NCBI GenBank assembly: GCA_025929365.1
Contig: JAICMG010000004.1
Location: 1 to 63,062 of the forward strand
DNA from: Frankiaceae bacterium
Lineage (GTDB): Bacteria > Actinomycetota > Actinomycetes > JAFAQI01
Length of the DNA stretch: 63,062 nucleotides
Direction of reading: 5' to 3'
Shown here: piece after piece, positions 41,909-51,779 of the stretch
Position numbering within the stretch: the first letter of the stretch is position 1
Layout: each line of letters begins with the position of its first letter
Notes under the pieces: model-generated
The model's input: only the letters and a program-made list of their open reading frames with translations
What the model was told of the DNA's origin: nothing
The model's database searches: none
Translations under genes and position numbers: made by a program

Positions 41909-42961
41909 TCAGCGCAGGCCGGTGCCTCTGCGAACTGCGTCGTCGATGAGCCGCGCGACAAGTGAGGGGTAGTCGACACCACTCGCGGCCCACATCTGCG
42001 GGTACATCGACGCCGGGGTGAAGCCCGGCATCGTGTTGACCTCGTTGACGAGCAGGTCGCCGGTACCGGTGAGGAAGAAGTCGACGCGCGCCAAGCCCTC
42101 GCAGTCCAACGCCTCGAACGCGGCGATCGCCGTCGACCGGATCTGTGCGATGGCCGACTCGGGGATGTCGGGCGGAATGTCGAACTCCGTCCCCGACTCC
42201 GGCATGTACTTCGCATCGAAGTCGTAGAAGTCGATCCCGGTTGCGAGGCGGATCTCGGCCGGCAGTGACGCCTCCGGCGCGCCGTCGGCGCCCGCCAGCA
42301 CTCCGCACTCGATCTCCCGGCCGACGACGGCCGCCTCCACGAGCGCCTTCGGGTCGTGCCGGAACGCCTCGGCAAGCGCCGCCTCCAGTCCGGAACGCTC
42401 CGCCACCTTGGAGATGCCGATGCTCGACCCACCTCGTGCCGGCTTCACGAAGACCGGCCAGCCCAGCTCGCCCGCGGCAGCAGGGATCGCGCGCCCTGCG
42501 TGCACGACGACGTACGACGGGACCGCGAGCCCGGCCGCCGCGAGCAGCCGCTTCATGTGCGCCTTGTCCATCGCCGCGGCCGAGGCGAAGACGCCAGAGC
42601 CGACGTACGGGATGCCCGCCAGCTCGAGCAGCCCCTGCAACGTGCCGTCCTCGCCGTACGGGCCGTGCAGCAGGGGGAAGACCACGTCGATCGGGCCGAG
42701 CACCTCCGGCAACGCCGTCGGGTCTCCCGACAACGCCACCGACTCCCCGGCCGACGCCACCGACGGGAGCTCACGCCCGCGCATCGCAAGGGCGTGAGTA
42801 TCCGCGACAACCCAGCGGCCTTCGGTGGTGATGCCGACCGGAACGACGTCGTAGCGATCCGGATCGAGGGCCGCCAGAACGCTGCCGGCGGTCACGCACG
42901 ACACCGAGTGCTCGCTACTGCGTCCCCCGAAGATGACCGCTACGCGCAGTCTCTTACTCAA
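41909..42961 (-). CDS. ddl: D-alanine--D-alanine ligase
   Basis: 350 aa with an ATP-grasp fold; VAVIFGGRSSEHSVS, FPLLHGPYGEDGTLQGLLE, VNEVNTMPGFT. TTG start. Confidence 0.93.
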   Translation of the reverse strand: MSKRLRVAVIFGGRSSEHSVSCVTAGSVLAALDPDRYDVVPVGITTEGRWVVADTHALAMRGRELPSVASAGESVALSGDPTALPEVLGPIDVVFPLLHGPYGEDGTLQGLLELAGIPYVGSGVFASAAAMDKAHMKRLLAAAGLAVPSYVVVHAGRAIPAAAGELGWPVFVKPARGGSSIGISKVAERSGLEAALAEAFRHDPKALVEAAVVGREIECGVLAGADGAPEASLPAEIRLATGIDFYDFDAKYMPESGTEFDIPPDIPESAIAQIRSTAIAAFEALDCEGLARVDFFLTGTGDLLVNEVNTMPGFTPASMYPQMWAASGVDYPSLVARLIDDAVRRGTGLR

Positions 42962-44178
42962 CGCTGATACGGGCGCACCGCGCCGATGTAGTCAGGTCGT
43001 GCGTAGCTGCTGATCCGCACGTTGGCGCCGGTGTAAGGCGCCTCGACCATCTCACCGTTGCCGATGTACATGCCCACATGATGAATGGTCGCCGGATCTG
43101 AGGTGTTGTAGGCGAAGAACACGAGGTCGCCGGGGCGAAGGTCGCTCCGCGAAACGTGCGCACCTTCGTTCCACTGGTCGCCGGTCCAGTGGTCGAGATG
43201 GACCCCGACCTGGTCGTAGGCCCACATCACCAGGCCAGAGCAGTCGTAGCTGTCCGGGCCCGCGCCACCCCACTGATACGGCTTGCCGATCTGCGACTCG
43301 GCGTCCCGGACGCCGGCCTCGCCGGTGCTCGCCGAGATGGTCCCGCCGAGGTTGCCGGTGGAGTCGGCGTACGGGCTCGGGCCGCTCGACGGCGGTTCGG
43401 AGGCAGCGGCCGCGGCCGCGGCGCGCTGCCGGGCGAGGGCGGCGATCCGTTCGCGCTGCAGGCGCGAGGACCTCGCCTGGGCTTGGGAGAGCAATGCGTT
43501 GAAGTGCGCACGCTTGCGCTGCAACGCAGCGAGCACCTTCTGCTGACCGAGTGCCGCTGATTCCGCGGCAGCCTTTGCCTTCGCGGCCGTCGCCGCCGCG
43601 CTTCGCGCCTTTGCCGCGACCGCCGCCACCTGGCGCGCCACCACCGCGCGGTAGACGGCGGCCGCGTCGAGTCTGGTGAGCGTGCGGTGCTGGCTGACCG
43701 ACACCGCATCGATGGCGCCGACGCGCGCGACCAGAGCACGCGCACCGCCCGGCTCGAGGAAGGCGTCGATGGTCGCCATGCCGCCGGTTTCGTACGCCGA
43801 CCGGGCAAAGCGGGCGACGGCATGCCGTCCCTTCGCCACCTGCTTGTTCGCGACGGCAAGGACGCTCTTCGCCGTGGTGGCGGCACGCTGCGCTGCCGCA
43901 AGCGCGACCTCTGCCTGGTCGTACTTCTCGACGACGATCTCGGCGGCGTTGCTCAGTCGCATGAACGTGGCTTGCGCCGTGCCGAGCGCCGAGGCGGCGG
44001 CCGCGACTTGCTGCTCGCGCTGGGCGACGGCAGCCTTGCTCGCGGCGACCTGGCCGGCGCTCGGGCCGCCCGGCCCAGGGCTGGCAAGTGCCACGGTAGG
44101 CGCGGACACGACCGGCAGCAGGACCGTGGCAAGCCCGATCGAGACGGCCGCGAGCGCGGCCCGCGCGCGGGCTGCCAT
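42958..44178 (-). CDS. NlpC/P60 (C40) cell-wall hydrolase with an N-terminal Ala-rich coiled coil (RipA-like)
   Basis: ORF trimmed to ATG 44178 with signal peptide MAARARAALAAVSIGLATVLL. Catalytic block YQWGGAGPDSYDCSGLVMWAY...HHVGMYIGNG. Confidence 0.8.
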   Translation of the reverse strand: MAARARAALAAVSIGLATVLLPVVSAPTVALASPGPGGPSAGQVAASKAAVAQREQQVAAAASALGTAQATFMRLSNAAEIVVEKYDQAEVALAAAQRAATTAKSVLAVANKQVAKGRHAVARFARSAYETGGMATIDAFLEPGGARALVARVGAIDAVSVSQHRTLTRLDAAAVYRAVVARQVAAVAAKARSAAATAAKAKAAAESAALGQQKVLAALQRKRAHFNALLSQAQARSSRLQRERIAALARQRAAAAAAASEPPSSGPSPYADSTGNLGGTISASTGEAGVRDAESQIGKPYQWGGAGPDSYDCSGLVMWAYDQVGVHLDHWTGDQWNEGAHVSRSDLRPGDLVFFAYNTSDPATIHHVGMYIGNGEMVEAPYTGANVRISSYARPDYIGAVRPYQR

Positions 44179-44230
44179 GCGGTGACTGTAGTGCCGGGAG
44201 TGTCGGATGTCCGGTTCCGACAGGCGGTGT

Positions 44231-44285
44231 CTGCCGTGCGCTTCGCGCAGATGAGCCGGGGGCCCCAACCCCGGCTCAGGCCGGC
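44231..44285. repeat. REP-like palindromic element, copy 3
   Basis: gcgcttcgcgcagatgagccgggggccccaaccccggctcaggccggc is near-identical to the element at 19171-19220. Confidence 0.8.
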
Positions 44286-44306
44286 GCTGCTTGACGCTCG
44301 CGACGA

Positions 44307-44365
44307 TCAGCCCAGGGCGCGCAGATTTGAGCCGGGGCCCCAACCCCGGCTCAGGCCGGCAGCAC
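44307..44365. repeat. REP-like palindromic element, copy 4, with a duplicated gene terminus
   Basis: tcagcccagggcgcg (44307-21) repeats the stop-proximal 15 nt of the CDS at 44366-80. Between them lies cagatttgagccggggccccaaccccggctcaggccggc. Confidence 0.8.
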
Positions 44366-45610
44366 TCAGCCCAGGGCGCGCTGGATGTCCGCGATGAGGT
44401 CGTCTGGGTCTTCCAGCCCGATCGAGAACCGCACTGCTCCGGGACCGATCTGCGCGGCCGCGAGGGCTGCGTCGTCGAGCTGGCGGTGCGTGGTGGAGGC
44501 GACGTGGCTGACGACGGTGTGGGCGCCGCCGAGGCTGGTGGCGACCTCGGCTACCTGGAGCCGGTCGGCGAGGGCGAAACCGGCCTCGCGGCCGCCTCGC
44601 GGCGTGATCGTGACGATCGCGCCGTACCGCGTGCCTTCTGGGCCGGCCTCGAAGAGCTTGCCGGCCAGTGCGTGTTGCGGGTGACTGGCCAGGCCCGGGT
44701 AGTCCACCCGCTCCACCGCCGGGTGATCGGCGAGCGCCTCGGCCACGCGCGCGGCGCTCGCGCAGTGGCGGGCGACCCGCAACGGCAGTGTCGCCAGTCC
44801 GCGGTGCAGCAGGAACGCCTCGTCCGGCGCGAGGCTGCCACCGAGGTCGATGCGTGCCGCGCGAACCGCCGCCACCAGCTCGACATCGCCGACCACCACC
44901 CCACCCGTGACGTCGGAGTGCCCGCCGATGTACTTCGTCGCCGAATGCATCACGAGTGCGGCGCCCCACATCAGCGGGCGGCACACCGGCGGCGGTGCGA
45001 AGGTGCTGTCGACGCACAGTGGGATCCCGGCCTCGCGGCACACCGCGGCCAGGCCTTCGATGTCCGCGACCGCGGTCGTCGGGTTCGCAATCGTCTCCGC
45101 CCACACCAGTGCGGTCTCCTCGCGCAACGCGGCGCGCACTGCGTCGGGATCGGTGATGTCCACGAACGTCGCCGCGACACCGAAGCGGCGCAGCACGTGT
45201 TCGAGCACGCCGTAGGTGCCGCCGTAGACGGCAGCCGGCGCGATGACGTGCGCCCCGGCGCGGCAGAGCGCGACGAAGACCGTCGAGATCGCCGCCATCC
45301 CGGACGCGAACGCCTGCGCCGCGACCGGCCGGTCGAGGCCGTGTGCCTCGAGCGATGCGAAGCCGAGCGCGAAGGCGTCGACCGTCGGGTTGTCGATGCG
45401 GCTGTAGCTGTATCCCGGCGAGCGGTCACCGAGCACGTCGGCGTACTGCTGCGCCGAGTCGAACTCGTAGGCGCTGGTGCGGTACGTCGGCAGGCCCATG
45501 GGGCGTACGCCACTGAAGTCCGGTCGAGGGGTGTGGACGGCACGCGTCGACTCGTTCGCGCCGGCTTCACCCGGCAAGAGGATCGGGAGGTTCGAGCGAA
45601 CCTCAGACAT
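44366..45610 (-). CDS. Cys/Met-metabolism PLP-dependent enzyme (O-acyl-homoserine sulfhydrylase / cystathionine gamma-synthase family)
   Basis: ATG 45610. PLP-lysine motif HSATKYIGGHSDVTGG, and YSRIDNPT. Confidence 0.8.
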   Translation of the reverse strand: MSEVRSNLPILLPGEAGANESTRAVHTPRPDFSGVRPMGLPTYRTSAYEFDSAQQYADVLGDRSPGYSYSRIDNPTVDAFALGFASLEAHGLDRPVAAQAFASGMAAISTVFVALCRAGAHVIAPAAVYGGTYGVLEHVLRRFGVAATFVDITDPDAVRAALREETALVWAETIANPTTAVADIEGLAAVCREAGIPLCVDSTFAPPPVCRPLMWGAALVMHSATKYIGGHSDVTGGVVVGDVELVAAVRAARIDLGGSLAPDEAFLLHRGLATLPLRVARHCASAARVAEALADHPAVERVDYPGLASHPQHALAGKLFEAGPEGTRYGAIVTITPRGGREAGFALADRLQVAEVATSLGGAHTVVSHVASTTHRQLDDAALAAAQIGPGAVRFSIGLEDPDDLIADIQRALG

Positions 45611-46613
45611 CGGCGTCCTGTTCGTGCTTCGGCGAGCTGGCAAGCAACGAGGCAAGCATGTCAGGGACCGTGATGCCTTCGTCAACGACTTTTACGACGT
45701 GCTCGGTGATCGGCGCGGCGACCTTGTTCTGGCGCGCGACGTCGAGGATCGACCGGCAGGACTTCACACCCTCCGCGGTCTGCTTGGTCTTCGCGATGAC
45801 CTGCTCGACCGACAATCCGCGACCCAGGTCCTCGCCGAAGGTCCGGTTTCGTGACAGCGGCGAGGAGCAGGTCGCGACGAGGTCGCCCATGCCGGCGAGT
45901 CCGGCGAAGGTGAGCGGCTCGGCGCCGAGCGCGACCCCGATGCGCGCGGTCTCCGCGAGCCCACGGGTGATCAGCGAGGCACGGGCGTTGTCGCCGAAGC
46001 CCAGACCGGCGGCCATGCCGACCGCGAGCGCGATGACGTTCTTCACCGCACCGCCGAACTCCACGCCGACGACGTCATGGTTGCGGTAGGGCCGGAAGTA
46101 TCCGGAGTGGCACGCGCCCTGCACCTTCCGAGCCACCTCGAGGTCAGTGCATGCGACGACCGCAGCAGCCGGCTCGCGGTTGGCGATCTCCTTGGCGAGG
46201 TTCGGTCCGGACACGGCGGCGACGCGTTCCTCCGGGACGCCGGCGACGTCGCGGATCACCTCCGTCATGCGCTTGTCGGTACCGAGCTCGATGCCCTTCA
46301 TGAGGCTGACCAGGACGGCGTCGGCGGGCAGCAGCTCGACGAGGTCGGTGAGATTCGCGCGCAAGGTCTGGGAGGGAACCGCGAGGACGACGATCTCAGC
46401 GCCTTCCAGCGCCTCCTTGGGATCGGCCGTGGCGTGCAACCTCGATGCCAGCTTGATTCCGGGGAGGTAGTCGGGATTCTCGTGCAGCTCGTTGATCGCG
46501 TCGGCGAGCTCACCACGCCGGGCACAGAGCAACGTCTCGGTCCCCGAGTCGACCAGGACCTGGGCGAAAGCCGTCCCCCATGAGCCGGCGCCGATGACGG
46601 CGGCGCGCGTCAC
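45603..46613 (-). CDS. gpsA: NAD(P)H-dependent glycerol-3-phosphate dehydrogenase
   Basis: GTG 46613 overlaps the plsC stop (GTGA). VIGAGSWGTAFAQVL, GAVKNVIALAVG. Confidence 0.92.
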   Translation of the reverse strand: MTRAAVIGAGSWGTAFAQVLVDSGTETLLCARRGELADAINELHENPDYLPGIKLASRLHATADPKEALEGAEIVVLAVPSQTLRANLTDLVELLPADAVLVSLMKGIELGTDKRMTEVIRDVAGVPEERVAAVSGPNLAKEIANREPAAAVVACTDLEVARKVQGACHSGYFRPYRNHDVVGVEFGGAVKNVIALAVGMAAGLGFGDNARASLITRGLAETARIGVALGAEPLTFAGLAGMGDLVATCSSPLSRNRTFGEDLGRGLSVEQVIAKTKQTAEGVKSCRSILDVARQNKVAAPITEHVVKVVDEGITVPDMLASLLASSPKHEQDADV

Positions 46614-47338
46614 GCCGCGGCCCGCGGGTCGAAGGCGACCGCCGGCGGCGTGCCACCGCGCAACCCGACGAGCAGGTCGGTGATGTGCGCCATGACGACC
46701 TCGGTGACCTCGTGCAGGAGCTCCGCGTCGATCGGCCGGCCGGCGTACTTCGAAAGATCGACGGGGTCGCCGGTGACGATCTGGATCCGCTTGCGGGGAA
46801 ACGGGCGCGGCGCTTTGGCCTTGTACTTCCACAACCGCTGCGGCCCCCACTGCGCGATCGGGATGACAGGCGCCCCCGTCTCGAGCGCGAGCCGAGCGAT
46901 CCCGGTCCGCGCCTTCATGGGCCAGCAGTCCGGGTCGCGCGTCGCGCTGCCCTCGGGATAGATCAGCACCGACTTGCCCTCGTTGACCGCCTCGACCGCC
47001 GCGGTGAGGGCGTTGGCCGCGTCCGCCGTGCCGCGATAGACGGGGATCTGGTTGGCGCCGATGAACACGCGCTTGACGAAGGGCTTCTCGAACAACGACG
47101 CCTTCGCGAGGTAGTACGGCGTACGTCCGGCTTCGAGGACGTAGAGCCCCAGCGTGAGGGGATCGACGTAGCTGACATGGTTGGCAGCGAGAATCACACC
47201 GCCGGTTCGCGGGATCCGCTCCTGACCACGCCAGTCACGGATGGTGGTGATCGAGAGCAATGGTCGAATGACGACCACGACTAGGCGATACCAAAACCCC
47301 AGCCGCCCGTATCGCACCCCTGCGAGGATGCCAGACAT
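46610..47338 (-). CDS. plsC: 1-acyl-sn-glycerol-3-phosphate acyltransferase family
   Basis: HX4D block ANHVSYVDP and IYPEGSATRD. ORF trimmed to ATG 47338. Confidence 0.8.
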   Translation of the reverse strand: MSGILAGVRYGRLGFWYRLVVVVIRPLLSITTIRDWRGQERIPRTGGVILAANHVSYVDPLTLGLYVLEAGRTPYYLAKASLFEKPFVKRVFIGANQIPVYRGTADAANALTAAVEAVNEGKSVLIYPEGSATRDPDCWPMKARTGIARLALETGAPVIPIAQWGPQRLWKYKAKAPRPFPRKRIQIVTGDPVDLSKYAGRPIDAELLHEVTEVVMAHITDLLVGLRGGTPPAVAFDPRAAA

Positions 47339-47975
47339 GTCCGAGCTCGCCGACCGGTGGTCGCTGGTCGTCCCGGTCAAGCGGGTGGAAAACGCCAAAA
47401 CCCGGCTCGGGCTCGACGCGACGTCTCGTGCGCGGCTGGCGATCGCGATGGCGGTCGACACGGTGGTGGCGGCACTCGCCTGCCGGGGCGTCGCGGCGGT
47501 GATCGTCGTGACGGACGACGCGCAGGCGCGCGACGCGCTCACGCCGGTCGGTGCACGGGTCGTGGCGGACACACCGGACGCTGGGCTGAACGCGGCGCTG
47601 GTGCACGGCGTCGCACTGGCCGCAGATCGTCACGTCGGGGCGCTCGCGTCGGACCTTCCGTCGCTGCGGGCCGAGGATCTCGAGGTCGTGTTGAGCCGCG
47701 CTGCCGACCACGACCTGGCAGTTGTCGGCGATCTGTCGGGGACCGGGACCACGCTGCTGTGCGCGCGGACGGCAGCGCACTTCGCGCCCCGCTTCGGGGT
47801 CGCCTCACTGGCCGCGCACATCGCGGCGGGTGCGGTGGACCTCACGGAGGTGGCGCCCGAATCCGTGCGGCGTGACGTCGACACCGTCGACGCGCTGAGC
47901 GGCGTGGTGGACCTTGGCGTCGGCGAGGCAACTCGGCGGGCGCTCGCCGACCTGCCCGTCGCCGAAGGGCTTTGA
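47337..47975 (+). CDS. fbiD: 2-phospho-L-lactate/phosphoenolpyruvate guanylyltransferase (F420 biosynthesis, CofC/FbiD)
   Basis: ATG 47337 is preceded by GAGGA. VVPVKRVENAKTRL, DLPSLRAEDL, GTGTTLL and RRDVDT resemble the Mtb FbiD layout. It is adjacent to gpsA, as in Mtb. Confidence 0.75.
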   Translation: MSELADRWSLVVPVKRVENAKTRLGLDATSRARLAIAMAVDTVVAALACRGVAAVIVVTDDAQARDALTPVGARVVADTPDAGLNAALVHGVALAADRHVGALASDLPSLRAEDLEVVLSRAADHDLAVVGDLSGTGTTLLCARTAAHFAPRFGVASLAAHIAAGAVDLTEVAPESVRRDVDTVDALSGVVDLGVGEATRRALADLPVAEGL

Positions 47976-47976
47976 G

Positions 47977-48195
47977 GTGACCTCGGACCGGCAGGGAACC
48001 GTCCGCAGCTTCGATGCGGAGACCGGCGCCGGCGACGTACTGCTCGATGACGGCGCCGTCGTCAGCTTCGACGCGAAGGCCTTCGCGCGGTCGGGATTGC
48101 GATTCTTGCGACCGGGGCAGCGAGTGCGGCTCGGATACGACGACGCCGGGTCGGTTCGGTCGGTGATGATCCCGACCTTCCCCGACCCGGCGTAG
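47977..48195 (+). CDS. Small cold-shock-domain-like protein (hypothetical)
   Basis: GTG 47977 lies 1 nt after the fbiD stop and is preceded by GAAGGG. GTVRSFDAETGAGDVLLDDGAVVSFDAKAF..LRPGQRV resembles the CSD strand pattern. Confidence 0.5.
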   Translation: MTSDRQGTVRSFDAETGAGDVLLDDGAVVSFDAKAFARSGLRFLRPGQRVRLGYDDAGSVRSVMIPTFPDPA

Positions 48196-48197
48196 AA

Positions 48198-48219
48198 CGC
48201 TGAGTTGTCAGCGCTTTTT
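48198..48219 (+). terminator. Candidate intrinsic terminator after the CSD-like gene
   Basis: cgctga-gttg-tcagcg followed by cttttt. It overlaps the hupB stop codon. Confidence 0.35.
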
Positions 48220-48708
48220 CGCGGGCGCCTTCTTGGCGGTCTTCTTTGCGGGCGCCTTCTTCGCCGGTGCCTTCTTGGCCGGCGCCTTGGCAGCCTTCTG
48301 CGCAGCCTTCTTGGCGGCCGTTGCGGCCTTGCGCGGACCCGCGGCGGCCGTCTTGCCCGCGCTACGAGCCGTCGAGGCGGTCGACTTGGCCGCGGCCTTG
48401 GTTGCCGCGTCGGCAACCTTGCCGAGCTTGATGGTCCCGCTCACGACACCCTTGAACTGCGTGCCCGGGCGGAACTTCGGCACCGAGGTGGCCTTCACCT
48501 TGACGGCCTGGCCGGTGCGCGGGTTACGTCCGGTCCGCGCGGCGCGGTCGACCCGCTCGAATACACCGAAGCCGGTGATCGCGACGCGTTCGCCTGCCGC
48601 AACCGCCCGCTGAATGGTGTCGAGCACCGCGTCCACGGCGTTCTCGGCGTCCGACTTGGACGCGCCAAGCCGGTCGCGAATCGAGTCGATCAGTTCGGCC
48701 CTGTTCAC
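48208..48708 (-). CDS. hupB: HU-type nucleoid protein with a Lys/Ala/Pro-rich C-terminal tail (HupB/Hlp-like)
   Basis: GTG 48708 lies 5 nt after [16 protein letters not shown]..., [11 protein letters not shown], then [13 protein letters not shown] repeats. Confidence 0.9.
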   Translation of the reverse strand: MNRAELIDSIRDRLGASKSDAENAVDAVLDTIQRAVAAGERVAITGFGVFERVDRAARTGRNPRTGQAVKVKATSVPKFRPGTQFKGVVSGTIKLGKVADAATKAAAKSTASTARSAGKTAAAGPRKAATAAKKAAQKAAKAPAKKAPAKKAPAKKTAKKAPAKKR

Positions 48709-48756
48709 TTGCACCCTCCGCAGTTCGTGTCGAGGACCGCCCTCGACTTCACGCGG

Positions 48757-48785
48757 ACGCTAGGGCGAAATCGGGCGTCGCACAA
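48757..48785 (-). promoter_or_regulatory. Candidate hupB promoter
   Basis: The gene strand reads TTGTGC, a 17-nt spacer, then TAGCGT, downstream of an A/T-rich tract at 48800-48822. Confidence 0.3.
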
Positions 48786-48824
48786 CGATTCCGGGTGACT
48801 TTCTTGTTGTGTCGCCACACTTTT

Positions 48825-49412
48825 TTATTGAGTCACGGGCATTCGGGCGGGCCGAGATGCCTCGAATGCCGCGATGTCGTCGGTGTGGCGCAGGGTCAGA
48901 CCGATGTCATCGAGCCCTTCCATGAGCCGCCAGCGGGTGTAGTCATCGATGTCGAAGCTGACAGTGAGGCCCGGTGCGCGGACCTCCCTCGCATCGAGAT
49001 CCACGGTGATCTCGGCGGCGGGATCGGACTCCGCGAGGTCTTGGAGTGCGGCGACATCGGACTCGCTGAGCTGTACCGGCAGCAGGCCGCCCTTCAACGC
49101 GTTGCCGCGGAAGATGTCGGCGAACCGCGGCGAGATGACGGCGCGAAATCCGTAGTCCTGCAGCGCCCACACGGCGTGTTCACGTGAGGATCCGGTGCCG
49201 AAGTCAGGGCCGGCGACGAGGACCGTCGCACCGTCGTACCGGCTGTCGTTGAGGACGAACGACGGGTCGTTGCGCCACGCGCTGAACAGGCCGTCCTCGA
49301 AACCGCTACGCGTGACGCGCTTGAGGTATTCCGCGGGGATGATCTGGTCGGTGTCGACGTTGCTGCGACGCAGCGGGACGGCGCGGCCGGTGTGAACCGT
49401 GAACTTCTCCAT
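48825..49412 (-). CDS. leuD: 3-isopropylmalate dehydratase small subunit
   Basis: ATG 49412 gives [32 protein letters not shown]. Confidence 0.93.
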   Translation of the reverse strand: MEKFTVHTGRAVPLRRSNVDTDQIIPAEYLKRVTRSGFEDGLFSAWRNDPSFVLNDSRYDGATVLVAGPDFGTGSSREHAVWALQDYGFRAVISPRFADIFRGNALKGGLLPVQLSESDVAALQDLAESDPAAEITVDLDAREVRAPGLTVSFDIDDYTRWRLMEGLDDIGLTLRHTDDIAAFEASRPARMPVTQ

Positions 49413-49426
49413 GGATTTTTCCTTCT

Positions 49427-50821
49427 CTACAGGTCCGCGGGAGCGGTCAGGCGGCCGGTGACGGCGGTAGCAGCGGCGACCGCGGGTGAGACGAGATGGG
49501 TGCGACCGCCGGGACCCTGCCGGCCTTCGAAGTTGCGGTTCGACGTCGACGCGCTGCGCTCGCCCGGCGCGAGCTTGTCGGGGTTCATCGCGAGACACAT
49601 CGAGCAGCCGGCGCCACGCCACTGCGCGCCGGCGGCCTCGAACACGTCGCCCAGACCTTCCGCTTCGGCAGCTTCCTTGACGGCGACGGAGCCGGGGACG
49701 ATGAGGACTCGCACGCCGTCGGCGACCTTGCGTCCCTTCAGGACTTCTGCGACGGCGCGGAGGTCTTCGAGCCGGCCGTTGGTGCAGGAGCCGATGAAGA
49801 CGGTGTCGACCGCGACGTCACGCAGCGGCGTACCGGCGGTCAGGCCCATGTACTCCAGCGCGCGCTCGTCGGCGGCGTCGCGCGGCTCCGGGACGGATGA
49901 GGACAGCGCCGCGCCCTGACCGGGGTTGGTCCCCCACGTCACCCAGGGCGACAGCTTGCCCGCGTCGACCTTCACGACCTTGTCGAAGGTGGCCCCTTCG
50001 TCGGTTGCGAGCTCCCGCCATGCTGCGACGGCGGCCTCCCAGTCCTGCGGGGCATGGACGCGGCCCTTGAGGTAGTCGAAGGTCGTCTCGTCCGGCGCGA
50101 TCATGCCGGCCCGGGCGCCGGCTTCGATCGACATGTTGCAAACCGTCATGCGGCCTTCCATCGACAGGCCGCGGATGGCTTCGCCGCGGTACTCGACGAT
50201 GTGACCCTGGCCGCCGCCGGTGCCGATCTGGGTGATGATGCCGAGGACGAGGTCCTTGGCGCTGACCCCTGGCGGCAGGGCGCCTTCGACCTCGATCGCC
50301 ATCGTCTTCGGCCGCTGCAGCGGAAGCGTCTGGGTGGCGAGCACGTGCTCGACCTCGCTGGTGCCGATGCCGAACGCGAGCGCGCCGAACGCGCCGTGCG
50401 TGCTGGTGTGGCTGTCGCCGCAGACGACGGTCATGCCGGGCTGGGTGAGGCCGAGCTGCGGGCCGATGACGTGCACGATGCCCTGGCTCGCGTCGCCCAT
50501 CGGGTGCAGGCGGATGCCGAACTCTTCGCAGTTGCGGCGCAGCGCGTCGACCTGCGCGCGACTGACCGGGTCCTCGATCGGACCTGACGTCGTGGGGACG
50601 TTGTGGTCCTCGGTGGCGATGGTGAGGTCGGGGCGCCGTACCGTGCGCCCGGTGTTGCGCAGACCGTCGAAGGCCTGCGGGCTGGTGACCTCGTGGATGA
50701 GGTGCAGGTCGATGTAGAGGAGATCGGGCTCGCCGTCGGTGCGGCGTACGACGTGGGCGTCCCAGACCTTCTCGGCCATTGTCCTGGCGGACACAGTCCT
50801 TGCGGACTCGGTGCGGGCCAT
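49427..50821 (-). CDS. leuC: 3-isopropylmalate dehydratase large subunit
   Basis: ATG 50821 is preceded by [39 protein letters not shown]. Confidence 0.93.
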   Translation of the reverse strand: MARTESARTVSARTMAEKVWDAHVVRRTDGEPDLLYIDLHLIHEVTSPQAFDGLRNTGRTVRRPDLTIATEDHNVPTTSGPIEDPVSRAQVDALRRNCEEFGIRLHPMGDASQGIVHVIGPQLGLTQPGMTVVCGDSHTSTHGAFGALAFGIGTSEVEHVLATQTLPLQRPKTMAIEVEGALPPGVSAKDLVLGIITQIGTGGGQGHIVEYRGEAIRGLSMEGRMTVCNMSIEAGARAGMIAPDETTFDYLKGRVHAPQDWEAAVAAWRELATDEGATFDKVVKVDAGKLSPWVTWGTNPGQGAALSSSVPEPRDAADERALEYMGLTAGTPLRDVAVDTVFIGSCTNGRLEDLRAVAEVLKGRKVADGVRVLIVPGSVAVKEAAEAEGLGDVFEAAGAQWRGAGCSMCLAMNPDKLAPGERSASTSNRNFEGRQGPGGRTHLVSPAVAAATAVTGRLTAPADL

Positions 50822-50880
50822 CGCTGCTCCTCGGTGTCTCATGACTTGCGTCTCATTATATGGGATGCAAGTATTGATAT
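50822..50880. promoter_or_regulatory. AT-rich divergent promoter/operator region between leuC and the IclR-family regulator
   Basis: Positions 50841-50880 are about 35% GC by hand count, against a window that is about 70% GC: tctcattatatgggatgcaagtattgatat. Confidence 0.4.
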
Positions 50881-51591
50881 GTGACACAGCGTAGCAGCGT
50901 CGGCGTGCTTGACAAGGCAGTTGTCGTCCTCGACTGCCTCCGGGCCGGGCCGGCGTCGCTGGCCGACCTTGTCGGGCGCACCGGGCTGTCGCGCGCGACG
51001 GCGTACCGGCTGGCCGTTGCGCTCGAGGTGCATGGGTTGGTCGAGCGTGACGGCGAGGGCCGCTTCGCGCTGGGGTCGCACCTGTACGACCTCGCCTCAG
51101 CGGGTCGTGTCGATCCCTTGCTGCGCGCCGCGGAGAGTGTGCTGGAGCGGCTGTCGGCGAGCACCAACGAGAGTGCGCAGCTATATCGCCGAGTCGGCGA
51201 TTTCCGGCGATGTGTCGCCGCCGCCGAGCGGACCAGCGGGTTGCGCGACACCGTGCCGGTTGGCGCGGACCTTCCGATGACGGCAGGGTCAGCCGCGCAG
51301 GTCCTGCTCGCTTGGGAGTCAGCTGCAGATGTCTCCTCGATCGCAAAGCAGGCGAAGTTCTCCCCCGCCGGATTGAGTGCAGTACGACGCCGCGGCTGGG
51401 CCGCCAGTGTCGGAGAGCGCGAGGCCGGCGTCGCGTCGGTTTCCGCGCCGGTGTTCGACGCCGAGGGGAAGGTCGTCGCGGCGGTGTCGGTGTCGGGACC
51501 TATCGACCGACTGACGAGAACACCGGGCAAGCTCCACGCCGAGGCCGTGACGAAGGCCGCCGAGGAGCTCACCAAAGCGATTAGCGGCTAG
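50881..51591 (+). CDS. IclR family transcriptional regulator (LtbR-like, divergent from leuCD)
   Basis: 236 aa. [25 protein letters not shown] and a C-terminal IclR effector domain. Confidence 0.85.
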   Translation: MTQRSSVGVLDKAVVVLDCLRAGPASLADLVGRTGLSRATAYRLAVALEVHGLVERDGEGRFALGSHLYDLASAGRVDPLLRAAESVLERLSASTNESAQLYRRVGDFRRCVAAAERTSGLRDTVPVGADLPMTAGSAAQVLLAWESAADVSSIAKQAKFSPAGLSAVRRRGWAASVGEREAGVASVSAPVFDAEGKVVAAVSVSGPIDRLTRTPGKLHAEAVTKAAEELTKAISG

Positions 51592-51779
51592 CGACAGTCG
51601 CTGCACCAATCCGTGCGACAATGTTCCTACTGCAGGCGCGGATCCGTCTGGACTTCGCGCTCCCTCGCCGCTGGCTTCTCAACCTATGCCCTTAGGGCGG
51701 CGAGACAAATGACTCGGATCTTCCCCGTATCGACGCGTGTCGGCACGACGCGACGCTCAATCACAGTGCAGTCGCGATC

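Noticed and set aside
44179-44365. A possible cyclic-di-AMP (ydaO-type) riboswitch upstream of the NlpC/P60 hydrolase gene, a known association in actinobacteria.
   Set aside because: Reading the minus strand, I could not find the conserved ydaO core blocks or its pseudo-two-fold architecture. The spacer is explained instead by two REP-like repeat copies. A covariance-model scan (Rfam RF00379) would settle it.
48800-48824. A hairpin GTGT-cgcc-ACAC followed by TTTTTT on the plus strand, as a possible terminator.
   Set aside because: The stem is only 4 bp, and no plus-strand gene ends upstream. It more likely forms part of the A/T-rich upstream region of the hupB promoter on the minus strand.
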